From: a virus
Lineage: Duplodnaviria; Caudoviricetes
Length of the DNA stretch: 43,715 bases
Virus record (IMG/VR): IMGVR_UViG_3300017707_001269
Span: 1-43,715 of that record
Direction: 5' to 3' (one strand)
Position numbers and translations under genes: made by a program. Numbering within the stretch: the first letter of the stretch is position 1; every line of letters starts with the position of its first letter. Below, piece by piece: positions 41,601 through 43,715 of this stretch. The notes below the pieces were generated by a model. It was not told where the DNA came from. It did not search any database and saw only the letters and a list, made by a program, of their open reading frames with translations.

Positions 41601-41994
41601 TAGGTGTACCCCTTCCCACTCGTTGCCCGCTTGTAAGTTCTGGTTGCATGCCTGGCTCTACCTTTGCGGGGGCGCCCATTTTTCTCCCGCCGCCGGCCTG
41701 TGCTGGTAGGTGTTTGCCCGCGCTGGCATTGTTGACAGGGACATTAGTGCCAAGTAATTCCTTGATCTGGAAAAGAATGTTTTGTTCGGTCTTGCCGCGC
41801 ATGACATATTGCGGGCTTGTCTCTAGAGCCTCGCAAAGACGCATCATGTTTTCAGCGCTCAGGCCCCGGTCGTTCTCAATGTCAGAAATGGTGGATTGAT
41901 CGATTTTGACCATGGCGGCCAATCCCACCTGACTTATTTGCTTACCAATTCGTAAGGCTTTAAGTCTCTTGCCGGGAGTGTCTGGTTCGCTCAT
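41545..41994 (-). CDS. CI-like XRE HTH repressor lacking an S24 peptidase domain
   Basis: GKRLKALR...SQ..LA......QSTISDIEN...LCEAL..SPQYVM.G; divergent from cro. Confidence 0.85.
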   Translation of the reverse strand: MSEPDTPGKRLKALRIGKQISQVGLAAMVKIDQSTISDIENDRGLSAENMMRLCEALETSPQYVMRGKTEQNILFQIKELLGTNVPVNNASAGKHLPAQAGGGRKMGAPAKVEPGMQPELTSGQRVGRGTPNVRLKPKPASKQRANKSS

Positions 41995-42001
41995 CCAATG
42001 G

Positions 42002-42059
42002 ATATTGCCATTGCGATAGTTATTATTCATGGCAACTGCCATATGGCAAGTGCCATAAT
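42002..42059. promoter_or_regulatory. OR region with PR and PRM-like promoters
   Basis: CATGGCAACTGCCATA (42028-42043) and TATGGCAAGTGCCATA (42042-42057); TG-C-CATAAT on plus, TG-G-CAATAT on minus. Confidence 0.8.
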
Positions 42060-42065
42060 CTCGCC

Positions 42066-42302
42066 ATGACCCCTGAACAAGTTACCAGCCACTACGGCAA
42101 TCAGCAGCTGACGGCTGATGCGCTGGGCTGCAATCAAAGCACCGTCAGTGACTGGGTGCGGGCCGGGGTCATCCCTGATGCCCGCCAGCTGCAGGTCGAG
42201 CGGCTGACCAAGAAAAAGCTCCGAGCCGACGCCGGATGCCTTGATCGCGTGCTGGGGCTGGACAAGCTCAAACAGCCCGCCACAGAGCAGCAGGGGGCCT
42301 GA
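42066..42302 (+). CDS. Cro-like protein
   Basis: YGNQQLTADALGCNQSTVSDW....IP..RQLQVERLT..KL.A. Confidence 0.9.
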   Translation: MTPEQVTSHYGNQQLTADALGCNQSTVSDWVRAGVIPDARQLQVERLTKKKLRADAGCLDRVLGLDKLKQPATEQQGA

Positions 42303-42305
42303 GCC

Positions 42306-42443
42306 ATGACCTTGCGCCGACTCGCTTTTTGTCTCATTCACATGTTTAGCTTTGTCATTGGCTACTACGCCATTGAACTGAGCAACTACACGTTCATGTA
42401 TCTGGCGCTTCTCTTGGCCTTTATTGCTGGCATGGAGTACTAA
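42306..42443 (+). CDS. 45-aa two-TM membrane peptide
   Basis: Hand-translated MTLRRLAFCLIHMFSFVIGYY...AFIAGMEY. Confidence 0.5.
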   Translation: MTLRRLAFCLIHMFSFVIGYYAIELSNYTFMYLALLLAFIAGMEY

Positions 42444-42533
42444 GCAATGCACAAGCGCCTGATCCCCCCTCACTCGCGCAGGAAGCCCGGCAAGGGCTGC
42501 CTCGGCGACGTGGATGAAAGTTGTTTTCTGCAT

Positions 42534-42553
42534 AGGGACTGAAGTCTCTTTTT
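42534..42553 (+). terminator. tR1-like weak terminator
   Basis: AGGGAC-TGAA-GTCTCT then TTTT. Confidence 0.45.
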
Positions 42554-42591
42554 ATTTGCCAAAAACAACCAGACATGACGAGACATAAGAA

Positions 42592-42999
42592 ATGAACCAC
42601 GTTGACCCGTCCCAATTTTCCATCCCTATGACGGCGCAAGTTCAGGCGGTAGACCCCGCGCTGATCGTCAAGCAGCCGACCATGACCAAGGCGCTCCAAC
42701 TGTGCCAGACCTTGAGCGGCAAGGATGACGCCCAGTTCTACGGCCCTGACGGAATCGTCAAGGACCAAGCCCAGTGGTCACGAATCATGGGTGCCAGCCC
42801 GCACAACTTCCCGCACGACAAGCTGAACCTGTTCATGGACTTGGCGGGCAATGAGGTGCCGCTGATGTGGTTGCTGCATGCACGCGGCTATGACCTGAAC
42901 AGCTTGCGACACCTTGAAACCGAGACGGAAAAGCGCCTTCGGCTTGCGCAGGAAGAGAACGCCGCACTCAAGCGAGTTTTGCTTGGTCGTGCCGCCTAA
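42592..42999 (+). CDS. CII-like regulator
   Basis: Position after cro; QWSRI.G...FP.DKL..FM...GN..PL.WL...GY; coiled-coil end. Confidence 0.65.
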   Translation: MNHVDPSQFSIPMTAQVQAVDPALIVKQPTMTKALQLCQTLSGKDDAQFYGPDGIVKDQAQWSRIMGASPHNFPHDKLNLFMDLAGNEVPLMWLLHARGYDLNSLRHLETETEKRLRLAQEENAALKRVLLGRAA

Positions 43000-43024
43000 C
43001 CCCCATATACCCAAGGAGAGAGAC

Positions 43025-43339
43025 ATGAACTGCAAACCCGGAGATTTGGCTGTGATCGTGCGTGGCTCCAACTTAGGCCGCATGGTCGAGGTGCGGCATC
43101 AAAGCATTTATGGCGAAGGATGGTGGTTGGTCGCAGTAGTCGGCGCCCCAGTTATCGGCAGTCTCGGTTTAAGCAAGCGGCTTCTGTCTTTCGGCAGTAT
43201 TGAGGATGCCCGACTGAGGCCCATCCGCAATGAGCCCGGCAACGAAGACTTCGTAGTAAAGGCCCGCAAGACCCTCCCACGCGCAAAGCCTGTTACTGGC
43301 CCTGTGACCATAGACAGCCGTGGCGAGGTGGTGCGATGA
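43025..43339 (+). CDS. Hypothetical protein
   Basis: MNCKPGDLAVIV...G..VEV...D..LRPIR; AAGGAG SD. Confidence 0.75.
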   Translation: MNCKPGDLAVIVRGSNLGRMVEVRHQSIYGEGWWLVAVVGAPVIGSLGLSKRLLSFGSIEDARLRPIRNEPGNEDFVVKARKTLPRAKPVTGPVTIDSRGEVVR

Positions 43340-43704
43340 GCGGCGCGCATACATCGGGGCCTTGGTTGCTCTGCCATCACCTCAAAAGCAAAGAGCATGA
43401 CGAAAGCTGCAAATGTGGTTATCGCGGCAGTGTATGGGGATCGGATGGCGAACATATTGTTTGTGAGATGGGCGCCACTCATACGCCGGGACAGGAAGGC
43501 CTATCGCCACCAGATTACGAGCGCTCTGTTGTATTGGCCAATGCCCGCCTGATTGCCGCCGCGCCTGAGTTGCTGGAGGCGCTGCAAACCCTTCTGCGCG
43601 TCTGGCCCAACACCGACAAGATCCCCGGCTGGTGCGAACGCTGGTCAGATGCCCAAATTTCCGGACAACTTGCCATCGCCAAAGCAACAGGAGTCACAGC
43701 ATGA
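43336..43704 (+). CDS. Phage hypothetical protein
   Basis: HTSGPW...ANARLIAAAPELLEAL...AIAKATG. Confidence 0.8.
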   Translation: MSGAHTSGPWLLCHHLKSKEHDESCKCGYRGSVWGSDGEHIVCEMGATHTPGQEGLSPPDYERSVVLANARLIAAAPELLEALQTLLRVWPNTDKIPGWCERWSDAQISGQLAIAKATGVTA

Positions 43705-43715
43705 CCCCCAAGCCA
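43593..43715 (+). repeat. Terminal duplication, copy 2
   Basis: Identical to 1-123. Confidence 0.95.

Larger units (their letters stand above)
1..43715. mobile_element. Complete temperate phage genome (circular assembly, lambdoid control, podovirus-like virion module)
   Basis: Terminase, portal, capsid, lysis, integrase, attP and repressor switch all present; ends overlap by 123 bp; no host housekeeping context. Confidence 0.95.

Noticed and set aside
1-43715. CRISPR array, rRNA or IS element
   Set aside because: No spaced repeat array, rRNA-like tract or transposase recognised

Overview
The window is a complete, circularly assembled genome of a temperate phage. Bases 1-123 repeat exactly at 43593-43715, giving a unit length of about 43,592 bp. 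The GroES, SSB and tRNA-Asp attachment core resemble Betaproteobacteria (Burkholderiales, probably Comamonadaceae). Layout: (1) a lambdoid switch with a cI-like HTH, cro and a cII-like gene, with tandem palindromic operators at both leftward and rightward promoters; (2) a rightward replication/nin region (HNH, initiator with internal origin, NinG, C5 methyltransferase, NinB, GroES); (3) a podovirus-type virion module (TerS, TerL, portal, scaffold, capsid, adaptor, nozzle, ejection proteins; no tape measure); (4) tail-fibre genes ending in a BPP-1 Mtd homologue; (5) a lysis cassette and a moron island; (6) attP (3' half of tRNA-Asp with four arm-like repeats), integrase and Xis; (7) a leftward early operon (two amino-methyltransferases, Lar-like, FtsK-gamma fusion, SSB, RecT). 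Most notable: an Mtd lectin with no DGR whose virion-attachment N-terminus is replaced by a Sec signal peptide plus collagen, next to a GH108/holin cassette and a secreted hydrolase; a conserved AAAAAACTTA-N12-GCCCAATAG-NGGN-ATG element before two late gene blocks; and a C5 methyltransferase split across two fully overlapping frames. All family assignments come from motifs recognised by eye; no database searches were run.
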